Assembly (NCBI GenBank): GCA_013115145.1 | Contig: JAAPAO010000121.1 | Coordinates: forward strand, 1 to 64,000 | DNA length: 64,000 nucleotides | Direction of reading: 5' to 3' | Source of the DNA: Perkinsus chesapeaki ATCC PRA-425 | Lineage: Eukaryota; Protista; Perkinsozoa | In this document: positions 1-12,590 of the stretch, piece by piece | Layout: every line of letters begins with the position of its first letter | Numbering within the stretch: position 1 is the first letter of the stretch | Program-made: the position numbers and the translations under genes | Notes under the pieces: model-generated | What the model was told of the DNA's origin: nothing | What the model saw: the letters and a program-made list of their open reading frames with translations, nothing else | Database searches by the model: none

Positions 1-71
<71 letters not shown>
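1..71. repeat. (AGT)n microsatellite at the window start
   Basis: 23 perfect AGT units at 1-69 followed by AG. Confidence 0.97.
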
Positions 72-286
72 CAGCTGCCTGAGATATAAATACGAAAAAG
101 GCGTATTGACAGCCTCGAGGGGCCCTCTATCATCATTATATTCGACACGTTCACCATCGTCATGACGATGCTGTTACCCTCACAAGGCACCCAGTAGCTT
201 ACACAATTACATCAGGCAAGAACCGTTACGATTCGGATCGACCGTAAGATTATTACCAGGTACACCCCATTCGATGATGATCATCA

Positions 287-794
287 TCAGCAGCATCGAC
301 GGCAGAGGCAGCAGCATAGGTTCCCCGCCCAGCGACCTACGTGTTTAGTGTACTCCCTCAGTAGAATGGTTCCAGGCGTAAGAGGCTCGCTGGCACCACT
401 ACTCGATGGTGACTTCCGTGGGGTGCACTCCTCGGTTGGGGGGGCTGCAGTAGGAGGACTGGCCTCAATATCTAGTACCAAACCTTCGACCAGGGCAAGA
501 TAACACACCGACACACCCACCGTTCGAGCTTGTACGATCGGAAGGTTTATGGCTACTTCCGCCGTCATCGACAGGCAGAATATTTCGGGCCTCGTTTTGA
601 TCGATCGGAGGCCTCTCTTGCAAGACTCTCGATGCCAGCGGGCAGCTCGCCCTTTCCTTTTCTCGGAGTGCCGCCGCCCTCGATCCTCCCGTCGATCGCC
701 TCCTCACTGGAGCCTTCACAGGCGCCACCCCACTAGGGACAGGCTCAACATCATCCCCTGGAGCGTAAGAGCGACGACGAGTCACCACCGGCAT
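287..794 (-). CDS. Small low-complexity hypothetical protein with a Cys-rich C-terminus, probably two exons
   Basis: ATG at 794 (MPVVTRRRSY). A short candidate intron (gtgggt...cgaag) joins ORF 465..986 to ORF 287..568, which ends NLCCCLCRRCC*. Confidence 0.45.
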
Positions 795-882
795 ACTTGA
801 ACGGTTGACAATCTTTCTAATTGACTTCCAGCTCAACAATAGAGGATTCGAAACACATATTGTGAAACAGATCTCCAGCAGA

Positions 883-3800
883 TCACCAGGGCTCATCAGA
901 CTCCTCAGTCTCCGAGGAGGCAGCATCGCTGGAGTCATCACTGCTATTGGCCTGCTCATCGTACTGTGCCATCTTGTCCCCCACAAATCCTGTCGGAAGG
1001 CCCATCGACCTCATCAACGCAAGTGTTGGGTCCTCCTCTTCGACCGCCTCAGCGACAACGACCTTCTTGCGCTTCGGTGAATCCTGCTCAGTCCTTTTGG
1101 ACTTCGTCACTCCCTTCTCCGCAGGATTTCGTATACAAGTGAGGAGCGTCCGCATGCCCATCTGGTCCGAAATTTGGATGGAAAAGTCCGCCACGGTTTC
1201 AGCGTCGCTTCCATCAGCACCACAACCCTCCAAATAAGCACTGAGTATCCTAACCTCCGCAGTGCAATCATAGCATCGGCAAAGCCCTGCGTCGAGTAAC
1301 GGTTGATCCGGGCCCTTCAAATGCGGGGGCCGGTCGTAGACGGCCGTTCGAAGGACCTGAGGAGCACACAGTGCCAATCTAAGGAAGTAGTAGTAGTACC
1401 GTATTGAAGTAGGCCATAGCCTCACCGAACTCTTGATTATCGTATCTGAGCAACCCCCGCTGATGAAGCTACTTTAACAAACACGTTTTCCACGATATCA
1501 TTTTACACCCTCTCGGTAAGGTCCGACTCACCAATCTGACCGCTACTCCACACTAAATTTACCATGCAAAAGTTAGTAGTTTGCAGTATGGTAATCGATT
1601 ACCATTAGTTATTAGCCTTATAATTAGGGAACAACAGCAGCCCATAATAGACCCATCTATCACCGATACTAATAACAACAAGCGTCGTCGATACGACGGC
1701 ATACACCACTGCGGCGAGGGCCTATTATTGCCTATCTCCCCAGTGGCATGCCGACCAAGCACCCTTATTATTACTCTATTATAGGGGCATCTGGTGTCTC
1801 TATAGTGAGGCGGGCTTCGGTAGTAGTCTGAGCCCCCCATATTGGATAATTTACACTACCCGAAGCATATCTTACTTTACCTTCAGTATATGGTAACCTA
1901 TACGATAGGTCAGTCAGGACTCACTCAGGAGGAGGACCACTCAGACTTACCTGAATTTCATCAAGGCTTTCTGAGGCCTCATTGCCTTCCACCAGTCGAG
2001 CTGTGATGACATGTCGGCCATCACCACTAATTGACTCATATCATCATTAAGAGATGACCACCCTACTTTTTTCATTTTGTTGGAAAGTCTGCCCCTGCCA
2101 ATTGCCGCTCCTAATATCACTCATCAGCAACACTGGTGTAGTACTGTCCTTGTATCGATGACTATTAGCTGACATAGGTAGTTATAATAATAAGCCGCTG
2201 CTCCTCCAAGCCGTGGCACTCAGTCCGATGAAACCGGTGTAATCTACTACATAGCTTGCGACTTCCAAAGCTCCAATTGTAGATCCAAGATTTTTCACAA
2301 GTACACAACTGGGAGGATTTTGTTGCAACTCTTTCGGAGGGACTCTACTATTTCGAACAAGTCTGCGTGTGCCCCTCTCCTTTGGGACTTAGTCCTAATA
2401 CCGAGTATTCCGAATAGCCTAAGATGCCAATGACTTCACGCTGGACAATAACACAGGGTAACAAGGGTAAAAGACACCCTTTCAACCTCTCCTCACAACT
2501 CGCTTCTTCCCGATAATAGTGCAATCACTCGTACGTCCTCCTTTAGTATTAAAACAGTATTCAATTCACGTAATTGAGCGAAGCCCTGCTCCACGGCCGC
2601 CCTAAACCAAAGTGCTGTGTGCTGACCTCGGTCCAAATTGAACTTCTCCTGGAAAAGCCTGAGTGTGCCAGGATCCTCCTCTGCCATCTTCCGTAGTGTC
2701 TCCACGAAAGGAGTGGTATCGTACAGCTCGAACGAGAGAGGACTCATATCGTTATGATGCCGATATGCCTGATAGGGATATAGGGACACCGCACCACACA
2801 AATACGATCGTCGCTCCTTTAAATGTACTAATCGCGGAAGTTCAATAGTTAATAAGTTTGGAAAGTCGAGAGTTAGTGACAAAGGTGAGGTGGAAGGAGG
2901 ACCTTGTAGAGAAAATGACGACCAGGAAAATGTCAATAAAGTTGGAAAAGGTTCAGTGTTGATATATACGACGATAACTCCTTTCTGCCAATGTGATGAT
3001 GATGTACAGAGCAAACTGATATGACCGTTGGTACTAGGAATTGAGTCATCTTGGAGGATGTGAGTTGAATGAAACAAATGTCGGTGCTTGAGGAGAGCGC
3101 ACAAAAACACTGTAAATGAGGGGGTGGCGAACGGGAAAGGCTTTAAGAGGCTTTCCAGAGGCCATACACACGAGGAACGCTCATTGAGTATCCTCATGCT
3201 GGCTTGTTCGATTGCTCGAGTACCTCTACCTACATTGATGAGCCTAATAAGCAAAGGTATATGGTCTCCTGGTCCAGCACCAACATACACCACTACAGCT
3301 GCTGCTTTGTTGGACGCATAGGTCATCAAGAACTCTAGCTCCGCTAGAAGCAATTTACCTGATAAGGATACATCACCCATCGCCCCCATCTATAGGAGAC
3401 ATTATCAACATAGCAACGACAGACATATCGCACTTTTGAGCGGGGAGCATTGGGGTTCTAGAGATGACACAAATCATTTCTGAGTTCAACCAGTTCGATC
3501 GTTTTCCATTCCATAACACTTGCAGTAATAACTGCTACCTCACTTCCATAATTTCCTGCCCCGCTTTCACACCACAACGACAACGCCCGAAAGTCCAGAC
3601 AAAAACGCTCTTACGTTGTCCCCAATGAAGTGTTGACTTCTCCTCATGCTCTCTACGGTGATACACTCTTCGCTTTGATAAATCTATTCCCCTTCTGAAC
3701 TCGGTATGAAGTTGCTTCCCACCGGCTGGGCTATCCAGATACCGGCAAAGCGGGTCCTTCAGCCGCTGCAGGCAATGGGGGTTACCTGAGAGTTATCTCA

Positions 3801-4349
3801 ATAGGTTTAATGCTACTCTGCCACTATCAACCAGTTTTCCGCAGACCACAAGAGCTTTCAATACATGACTCTCAGTAGGAGATCGTAACTGAATTTCGTA
3901 ACAGTCGAGAGACGTTTGTCAACCTAGACTGGTATCGGCATTCCCCCAATAACAGCAAGTACAAGTTGCTCATTACTCTCCCACTGTACTAGACTTTTAT
4001 GCTACTTCCACACTCTTAACCATATTGTAGACACTAGAGGTAAAGTAAACCTTCTGAGACGGTCTGGACTAGACTGATGTGCAAGTGAAGTTACTTCTAT
4101 CCTGCACTTTCCCCTCTACTCACCTTGCACACAGTCCCTAGTGTGCTGAGCTGCCTCAACAAAGTCTTCCTCCCAACTGCTTCGAGATGCAGACTTGAAC
4201 ATAAGATTGGTAGAGGATGATGAAGATGAGGAGGAGGACTGCTGGGTATCTAGCTCAAAAGATACTTTTCGAGGTCGCTTTCAGCCTCCCCTACCTCCTC
4301 CGCTCGCCATCGGCCGTTTCGTAGCGCCCTCTGACGACCTTCTGCCCAT
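883..4349 (-). CDS. Multi-exon cap-specific mRNA (nucleoside-2'-O)-methyltransferase, VP39/PF01358-like (kinetoplastid MTr2/MTr3-like)
   Basis: Splicing by eye recovers the family motifs in order: YHRREHEEKSTLHWGQ|RKLLLAELEFL (intron 3614-3359), VVYVGAGPGDHI, FELYDTTPF, LLMSDIRSG (~2101-2135), DMSSQLDWWKAMRPQKALMKFR|LPY, PIWGAQTTTEARL (~1810-1850) and GLCRCYDCTAEVRILSAYL (in ORF 883..1425). The 5' start (ATG 4349) is uncertain. Confidence 0.88.
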
Positions 4350-4481
4350 GATTACCCTACAAGGGAGGATCCTTCCTTCACAATAGCATAACTAACTCAA
4401 CACACGCATCCAATAATAGTGCAAATGCTATACTGTTAACGGTTATGCTCTCACTGTACTATAGGCTACTACCAAAAATCA

Positions 4482-6756
4482 TTACTGTTTCAGAGCCCGA
4501 CCTTCGCTCCGCTCAAAAGGCTCCACAATGAAGGGATGAGCCAGAGCCTCTTCAGGAGTGATCCTGTGCTTCGGGTTGAGATTGGTCATTTGATCCACCA
4601 AATCGATAAACTGCTTAGTTTTGTTTTCGAACCATCGCTTGTTGGGATCCGAATCCGACAGCTTCCGTGTGCTGTGCAGTATTCTGGCCTTCAGAGAGTC
4701 CGACCCCGGCGTGAACGTAGTGATGACCTTTACACCGCCGCCCTTCTGCTGCCACAGGAAATCACATTGCTCGTTGAAATGATGCCGCATTTCCACGAAC
4801 TTCGACGCCCTAATTTGTTTATGTGGGAACTTGCCCTTGGCATCCTGGATCTGCTTGAGCATATCATTGTTGTTTCGACCTTGGAAGAGTATCTTTCCAG
4901 TCCAGAGCTCGAACAGTGTGCACCCAATTGCCCACATATCAATTGCATAATCGTACTTGTGGTAGCCCAGCATAATTTCTGGCGCGCGGTAAAACCTGGA
5001 GACGAGGTACTCCACCACTTCTTGGGCCTCGTGGATCTCACAAGCGCTGCCCAGATCGCATATCTTAAGATGACCGTGGTTTTTTGAAATTAAAATATTA
5101 TCAGGTTTTATATCGGCGTGAATAATCTTGCAGCTCTTCATGTGTTTCAAAGCCAACAACAGCTGCCTTGAATAGGACCACACCGCCTTCGGATTCAGAC
5201 CACGCTCGCCGGGACGCGCATACTTCTTCATAGCCTCTCTCAGGTTGCTCCAGAGGGACTCGAAGACCAGGCAAAGATGACCTTGATAGGTGAAGGTACG
5301 GAGCAACCGGACGATATGGCTGCGGTCACGGCCGGACTTGTCCTTGGTCATCATTTCATCGGCGGAATCGTTCAACTTGGTGAGAATGCGGACCTCCTTC
5401 TCCGCAGCCTTCCTCATCATATCATTACGACGAATAACTTTGATAGCAACATCTTGCAACCTGATTAAAAAATCGTATTCCTTAGCGGAGCGAAGCACCT
5501 ACGTTTGAGTATCTTTGCACTTCACCACATTAGAAAAGACCCCCTTGCCCACATCAGAGTCGCTCGACGTCAGCACAACATAACGACCGTCCATTGTCTC
5601 CAGATGCCCCGGAACAAAGTACCTAAACAAACAAGGATCGACGCTGCACTGAGCATACCAACGAGAACCACACCTACCCTTCCTTGTCATCATTTTGACC
5701 ATCTTCCTCCTGCACACCCAGATCCCTTTGCTTAACTCTTTCATCGTAGATCTCCTTGGCACGTTTCAGCATGATATTGATCTCAGCATCGGTCACTTGA
5801 GCCTTCTCATCAGACACCAATGCATTGGCAGTCTCAGCCGCCTTCCGCCTCATAGTCTCATCAGCAGCCTCCTTAAGTCTCCTTATCTCCGCCAGTGCCT
5901 TCGCCTGCGTGGCCGCCATCTTGGCCTTCAGTGCCTCCAGTCCCGATGGCAGCGCCGCATTGGCCGTCGATGGCTTCTCTTCTCGCTGGGGAGTCTCGTC
6001 TGACGATGAAGGGGATTCATGTTCAGGTGGATGGGCCGCCGCCGAGGGCGAGCTGAGATCGCTGACGGACATCATGCCCTTGTCGCTCTCATCATCATCC
6101 GGGCTGGGCGCCGCGCACAGCATTATGCTCTCTTTTCCACTCGCCACGCTCACGCTTCCACCTAAGATACCAACTAAAATACAATAACCCTACATTAGCC
6201 TACCGATTGACGGTTTCACGCTGGCGTCCCTTTCCCTCTTCCTGGCCATTTCCTGCTCTGTCAGCTTCCTCTGTAATTTCCGACGTTCCTCGCGACGCTT
6301 TTGTATGGCGGCGTCCGAGTTGGCGTCCATCGCCTCCATAGATGACTCCAAGGCGTCCACGAGCTTATCATCCATCTCAATATCCTCATCAGAGTGATGA
6401 TGGCTTCTGGATCTCCTCGTACTTCTACTTCGGCTCCTATGACGCCTATGCGAGCGCATCGAACTTTCATGGTCTCCACGTCGGCGAGTGTCGTCATAGT
6501 CTCGTGAGCCACGACGATGATAATCATTGCCACGAGAAGATGATCTAATATGGTCTCCATGGTGATGTCGGTGGTCATGATGACTTGAGGCTAGTCTGGA
6601 GTCGTCGGGGGGAGAGGGGCGACGGGAGGAGGAGGAGGACTCAGGACCCTTACGATCATAACTGCTGCCTCGGTAACTGCCGCTTGGTCTTGATCGATGA
6701 TTGCTGCTGTCGTAGTTGTTGTAGGAATCACTGCGTTGTGCTCTGCTGCTAGACAT
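4482..6756 (-). CDS. PRP4: PRP4-family pre-mRNA splicing Ser/Thr kinase, multi-exon, with RS/His-rich N-terminus
   Basis: Kinase motifs VAIKVIRRNDMMRKAAEKE, HLCLVFESL, IIHADIKPDNIL, LKICDLGSA, EYLVSRFYRAPE and GKGVFSNVVKC. The N-terminal ORFs 6190..6822 and 5674..6153 are RS-rich and charged. Confidence 0.93.
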
Positions 6757-7535
6757 AACGTAGCGAAGAATGAAGGCCAGCACGGACACTGAAAGCTCAA
6801 AGTGAGAACAAATGCACAGCAATACACGAGCTTGATCTATTTTGTATCAAAAGCGAATCAACCTAAGATACGCGGCTAACCCGAGCCATTTTCAACACTA
6901 CCAATGAACTCAAATCCGGATAGGAAGTGGCATCCGGTTCTTCACTCAGGCACCCTTCGGCGCATCATGCTGCTCTCGTGGTTCAAGATGATGATCAATA
7001 ATAACCTATCATTAGTACAACGACAATAACAGTATAGCCGATAAGGCCAGCTTTAAGCCAGGATGCACCTTTTAGGATGTCTTCTCCGCCGCTGGTATTA
7101 GCAGGGGCAATCTCCGAGGCTGCTCTTATCTAAGGGAAGGTATCCCAGGTGTCAATCCTCCACTGAAAGATTCAAAATAGGTTAGTTGAGCAACCTTAGA
7201 GGAGCCCACAAGGGAGATATGAGACCCGAAGGATGGAACTATTGGACCACTTCCCGCCCTACAGCGGTCGTACAGTACAAGATTACCAGAAAATCTTCAG
7301 AGTGCGATTAAGATACAAGATACGGAATAGATCAGTAGGGAGACCACTTCTCGACCATTGCTTACGATTAAGGTTCCTTTCCAATCCCTCAAGGGAACAT
7401 TACCCTCAAATTTCATTTTTACATAGCAATAACATGCAGCACGTGAAACCACCGATACATTAAGGAAACGCAAGATCTTACAAGATTGCAAGATTTAATG
7501 AGCGCGCCCTCCCAGTGGCTTCGTTGAGCTCCACG

Positions 7536-8921
7536 ATGCTGTTTTACTTTTCATTGGCGATACCCTTCTTTGGGTTCTTCGCCTTTGTCCTCTATGCTGG
7601 GCTCCTCCTTACCTTCTATGCTCTCACCTACTCTCATCCTCTCCCAGCTAGCTGTGCCGATTGCCTAGAGTGCGGCAACTACATCCTTCAAGCCGGTGTC
7701 TTGAAGTGGCTCTGGAACCTATTCCTTCTGTTGGTTGCTCTATGGGCCACCTATTACATCCGTACGGGCCATTCCACCCCGAGGCTCCAGTTCTCCGATA
7801 ACATCGCATGGATAGTTCGCAGGTGCCACACCCTCCGCCGAGGCTTCTGGCCAAGTTTCGCTGCCTTCGATGGCCACAGTCAATCAGCCATGTTCGCGGT
7901 CTGGCCAGGCATGAGTTTGGCCTTAAAGAAGGTCTCTGTAGAGTTCGCCCGAGAAGATATCATTATGGAGGACGGCGGCACCATTGCGCTGGACTGGGCT
8001 GTCGAGACCGAGGCCGTCCCGGAGGACGCTCCGATCCTCGTCATGCTGCCCGGAGTGGTCGGCGAATCCCACAATCCTTACATGAAGTCTCTCATCCACT
8101 ATTGCCGTTCTAGACGCCAGTGGAGATTTGTTTGCAAGAATTGGCGGGGTTTCGGTGGCTCCGAGCTGACCGACGAGCGTCAGGTTCCCGAGGCATGGGA
8201 CGCCCGCAGCGTTAAAGACCTGTACGAGTGCATTCAACACATCCATCGAAGGTATCCCGAAGCCAAAGTCCTTGGCTGCGGCTTCTCCTTGGGAGCCAGT
8301 ATGATGTCATCGCTGGTCGGCCACTACAAGGACCAATTGAACGGTCTCGTGGCCGGAGTGGTGTGCCTGTCGGGACCGTGCTCTTATGAGACGGCAATGA
8401 ACAGGATGTATCATCTGAAACCCTTACCGTACGATTGGATCAACATGGGTGTGCTGTGGAAGAATCTTCGCAAGTACGTGGAGAGCCCAGAGTCCCGGTG
8501 GAGGGAGACACTCGGCGATAAGCAGCTGATGCTCGTCGATGAGGTGATGTGCCAACGGCAAAGTCCCAAGGAGTTCTACAACATGCTCATGCCGGCCAAC
8601 GCATGGGTGTGGCATAATTTGGTCACTATTAAATTTCTGGGGTACAAAACGGTCGAAGAGTACGCAAGGGAGATGAGCCTCTACGGTCTGAAGGCGCTCT
8701 CTATGATCGAAACTCCGACGCTGTTATTGTACGCCGATGATGATCCTGTAGTGCCACCGTACTCTACATGGGAATATGAGGCTGAAGCTAAGGACAGCCC
8801 TGGGTGCGTGGTGGCTAGATGCCCTAGAGGAGGCCATTGCGGGTTCTTCAGCGGTAGTAGTAGGGGGGTCAATGGGGCTTTGGTGTGCATCCGAGGCCTG
8901 TTGGCCAAGGTGAATGTCTGA
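7536..8921 (+). CDS. Alpha/beta hydrolase, ABHD1-3/YheT/EMB8-like, with N-terminal hydrophobic segments
   Basis: Motifs DGGTIALDW, ILVMLPGVVG, NWRGFGG, GFSLGA (nucleophile Ser), DDPVVP and GGHCGF. The last few codons may be spliced. Confidence 0.9.
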   Translation: MLFYFSLAIPFFGFFAFVLYAGLLLTFYALTYSHPLPASCADCLECGNYILQAGVLKWLWNLFLLLVALWATYYIRTGHSTPRLQFSDNIAWIVRRCHTLRRGFWPSFAAFDGHSQSAMFAVWPGMSLALKKVSVEFAREDIIMEDGGTIALDWAVETEAVPEDAPILVMLPGVVGESHNPYMKSLIHYCRSRRQWRFVCKNWRGFGGSELTDERQVPEAWDARSVKDLYECIQHIHRRYPEAKVLGCGFSLGASMMSSLVGHYKDQLNGLVAGVVCLSGPCSYETAMNRMYHLKPLPYDWINMGVLWKNLRKYVESPESRWRETLGDKQLMLVDEVMCQRQSPKEFYNMLMPANAWVWHNLVTIKFLGYKTVEEYAREMSLYGLKALSMIETPTLLLYADDDPVVPPYSTWEYEAEAKDSPGCVVARCPRGGHCGFFSGSSRGVNGALVCIRGLLAKVNV

Positions 8922-9884
8922 ACTTGTCAATGGTATTTAGTGTTTCGTAATAATAACTCAACATTGTGGATATATTTAATCTTTACGTAGTCGCTGGTAG
9001 TCGAGATTTGATCACTCATCGAAGGGGTCAACTTCAAAGGGTTTCCAAAAATTGGTCTTCTTTCCAGAATGGTTAATCCACTCCACTGGCAGTGTCTTGC
9101 TTACTTATCGACTAGTAAGAGAACAGATATCTAAAATGATGATACGACACACTTACGCAGCTGGCCCATGCTGTGTGGTCTCTACTAGTTTCCTTCTTCT
9201 CCCACTTCTACGTGGATCCCAGGGCATACTGGACTTTGGTCTCGGTGTTGCGTATGTTGGTCTATAATATCGATAAGGCTACTATCCTCATTATAACCCA
9301 GCAGCCCGCCGTCCATATCTCCCTTCGTTCAGGTCCCTTGTGTCGTAGTTGGAAGAACCGTGTTACGTTTGAGTTCCTTGCCAATGCATTAGATGGCCCA
9401 GGAGCAGCCGCCAAGGCCTCCAAGGACAAGTCCCCATCCTCCGACTCCACGGCCGCCGCCCCCGAGAGTCCAGAGTGAAATCTGGTTATATTGCAATATT
9501 TGTATAGTCGGAGGGACGGGCGGTGGCGGCGGCGGCGCTCCTCCCTCCTCTGACAGTTGCCTCGATTTGTAACCGTTACTAGTGTTATTGGTTCATTGCG
9601 TACTGTATTGTGTTGGGTGAAATATAGTGCTTGATATTTCTTATCGTCGTGGGGGATAGCTTGAAGATATTAACGCTCGTCCTTCGAGAAGCTGTCTGAA
9701 AAAGACGCTTTTTGTATCATCATCATCGTCATCATATATACATATCTTATATTCAATTAACTATTATTGGTTGGTGATCTCTACCCTGCTCGCCAGAAAG
9801 GCATGATGCCTGCCAGTCGTTCAACACATATGTTAATCACCTCATCGTCATTGTCCTTGTAGTGTTAGAGCCTTTTCTCTTTTC

Positions 9885-12590
9885 ATGTCCAGCAGTAGAC
9901 CAGGTCAGCAGCAACAACAACACTACACCGACATTAACGTCACAATGCGAAGAGGTTCATCGAGCTATCGAGCTGCTGCCAGATCGACAAAAGCCTTACA
10001 GCCTCCCGACGACAGTCAGCAGTTGATCGACCCTATCACCGTTGAAAAACGCGGCACTGCCAGCACTATCGAGGATACGCCTAGTGCCAGGCTCGACCCT
10101 GTGCCGGGTGATACAGGAGGACCGGCCTCGACGGCAGCAGCAGCAAGCACCATCCCGCAGAAGCCTCCGGTGAAGGCCGAGAAGCTCCTGAACGTCCTGC
10201 TGCAGCAACTGAGTTGCGCGGAGCATGTGGCCTTCAACCTGCTCGATGGTGTCCGATGTGATGCCAATCATGTATCCTTCTTCTGCCGGGAATACTTCAA
10301 CACCGCTGCGATCGACTCTGGCATGACCATGTCGAAGTACTCTACTGTGGCTGCCGTGGAGCCGAAGCTGAAAAAACAAATTAAAACAGCGATGGTTATC
10401 GAGATGTCCGCAGTCGCCCTGTGTAGTGTCATTTGCGGTCTGTCCTCCCAGTCGTCCGAGTGGGCTCAGGTGGTGCCCTTGGTGGTGAAGGCGAGGCTCA
10501 GGGCCCTCCTCCAGCACGTCCATGAGAACGTACTGCTTCTCATCGACTATGTCTGCCAGAAGGCTGTAGAGTTCCCCGGTGACTTCGAATCCAACCCCTA
10601 CAGCATCGCCAACTTCGATCTCAATATTCTCTATCTAGCCAAGCGCTACCGCGCCATGGGCAAGGTCGGCCATGTGAACGCGTTGACCCAGAACAACGAG
10701 GAGGCGGAAGGTCTCATCGGGCAACTTTGCAAGTCCCTCTCGGCTACCACTACCAGTAGGATCCGCGGGAGCACTCTCGGCGATCAGATCAGTGGCCTGG
10801 TCACTGAGGTCCTCGGCAATGCTCACAAGACGTCTCTTGGTGTCATTCGTGGGAGGTATCTGCAAGGCCTCAGATTTAGACCGGTTGAAGGGCAGGTCTA
10901 CGAAAGATACGAAAAGGTTGCGAGTGACCAGAGTGCTGCCTCGCCACTACCGCCCCCGCCAATCACAGTGTGCTTCGAGCCTCTACCGCCAATGCTGCCC
11001 CATTTGATAAGGATGAAACCGCTCCTGCCAGCTCACCACAGCGGAGCTTCGGGCTACACAGCTGTCATTGACTTGGACGAGACCTTGGTACACTACTCAG
11101 AGGTTGAGGGTGTCGGCGGGAGGTTCGAGATGCGCCCTGGATGCGTGGAGTTCCTGGCGAGGCTAGCTTTTATCGGATGCGAGGTTGTCATCTTCACTGC
11201 GGCCACACAGGACTATGCCGACTGGGTGGTGGATCAACTGGAGTCCCTCAGAGGAGTCCGAATTCACCACCGACTGTATCGCCAGCACGCTCTTCCTTGG
11301 GGGCCTATCTTCGTCAAAGATCTCACCAGGCTTGGAAGGCGGCTCGACCGCACCATCATTGTTGATAATGTAAAGGAGAATTTCATGCTCCAACCAGACA
11401 ACGGCATTTTCATTTTCCCGTGGTACAGCGAGCGAGATGACACAGCTTTATTTGACCTCTTGCCGGTCTTCGAGGAGCTGGTTGCCACCAGAGTGTCGGT
11501 GCCAGTAATCCTGAACAAATACAAGGATGAAATCCCCTCCTGGGCTGGCTTTGATGGCATCGATGTTGAAGAGTGCGGCGTGGCCAATCAGTTGGCCCTG
11601 GCAGCAGCGACCATTCCCGAAGACGGTGGTGTCCTGGCCGCTGGCAACAAGATCACCGGTGCGTTCCAGGCTCCCCCGCCTCCACCAGCGGCCCACCATG
11701 ACCACCCTAAGGCGGCGGTGCCTGAGTCTCAGAGGTTCCCTGGTACTCCTATGCGGGTATACGAGAAGTCTGCTGCCAACAACGGTGGTACAGGGGCTCG
11801 AGTGCAGGCGGTGGGCATGGAGAGTGCTGCCACTAGCCATCGTGTTGTCGTGATGAACATTGGTGAGCAGTCGGCAAAGTTGGATTATAATACAGTAGAG
11901 AGTACACCGGTGGCGAGGCCGTATAGTGGGAGGATAATATATAGTGGAGCAGGTGAGCCTGCAGACATGATGCATTGTGTGATGCTGTCTTGTTCTGACT
12001 CTCTTTCAGCTCAAATGACACCGTCAGTGATGAGCACTGGTCACGCCCCGCACAGTGCTGCAGTTTATGGTAGCACCTCGGTCCCCCAGACACCGATGGT
12101 TGCTCACCGTCAAGTGTTCCAAGTTGGTCTACCCCCTCTTCAACAGAGTCTATTCTCGCCCTATTACCAGCCTTATCAATACCAGCAACCGTCGCAGCTC
12201 TCCACAGCCGGCGTCACGGCGTCACAGCCCTTCACAGTGAGGGTCCAGGCTGCTACCAGAGCGATCGGGGCGATGCCGGCCAGTCCAGTGATGGGCACTC
12301 GAATGATAATGAGCGCAACTAACAGGGCGGCGAACGCAGCAGCGCCGCCACCACCACAGCACCACTTTGCCCATTATGCTCCGAGCCCTCGCCAGGTTAG
12401 TGTGCTGCTATGCCGACTGTTTATTTATCTTTGTTGTTAGGTTGCATCGTGGCCTTCGCCATCTCAAGTTATACCTCCATCGCCTTTGGTGAGCAGTAGG
12501 ATTATAACCACCCACCAGCCCAACGTGATGACCTCACCATCATTCTGGCACCAATCGGAGCAGCAAACCGCAGCGGTGATTCGTCTCTAA
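9885..12590 (+). CDS. NIF/FCP1-like HAD phosphatase (CTD small phosphatase/Dullard-like) with long N- and C-terminal extensions
   Basis: Motifs VIDLDETLVH, RPGCVEFL, VIFTAATQDYAD, RLYRQH, VKDLTRLGRRLDRTIIVDN and QPDNGI. The final exon 12441-12590 follows a GT-AG intron. Confidence 0.9.

Noticed and set aside
1-71. (AGT)n as a telomere
   Set aside because: It is not a G-rich TTTAGGG/TTAGGG-type repeat, and the same trinucleotide class recurs internally (60155-60208). A simple microsatellite is the simpler reading.
4536-5087. Long antisense ORFs over PRP4, the NIF phosphatase, the hydrolase and the subtilisins
   Set aside because: They are shadow frames opposite genes with clear catalytic motifs and have no independent features.
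9052-9478. Small ORFs on both strands after the ABHD gene
   Set aside because: Plausible splice sites exist on both strands, but I could not derive one consistent reading frame.
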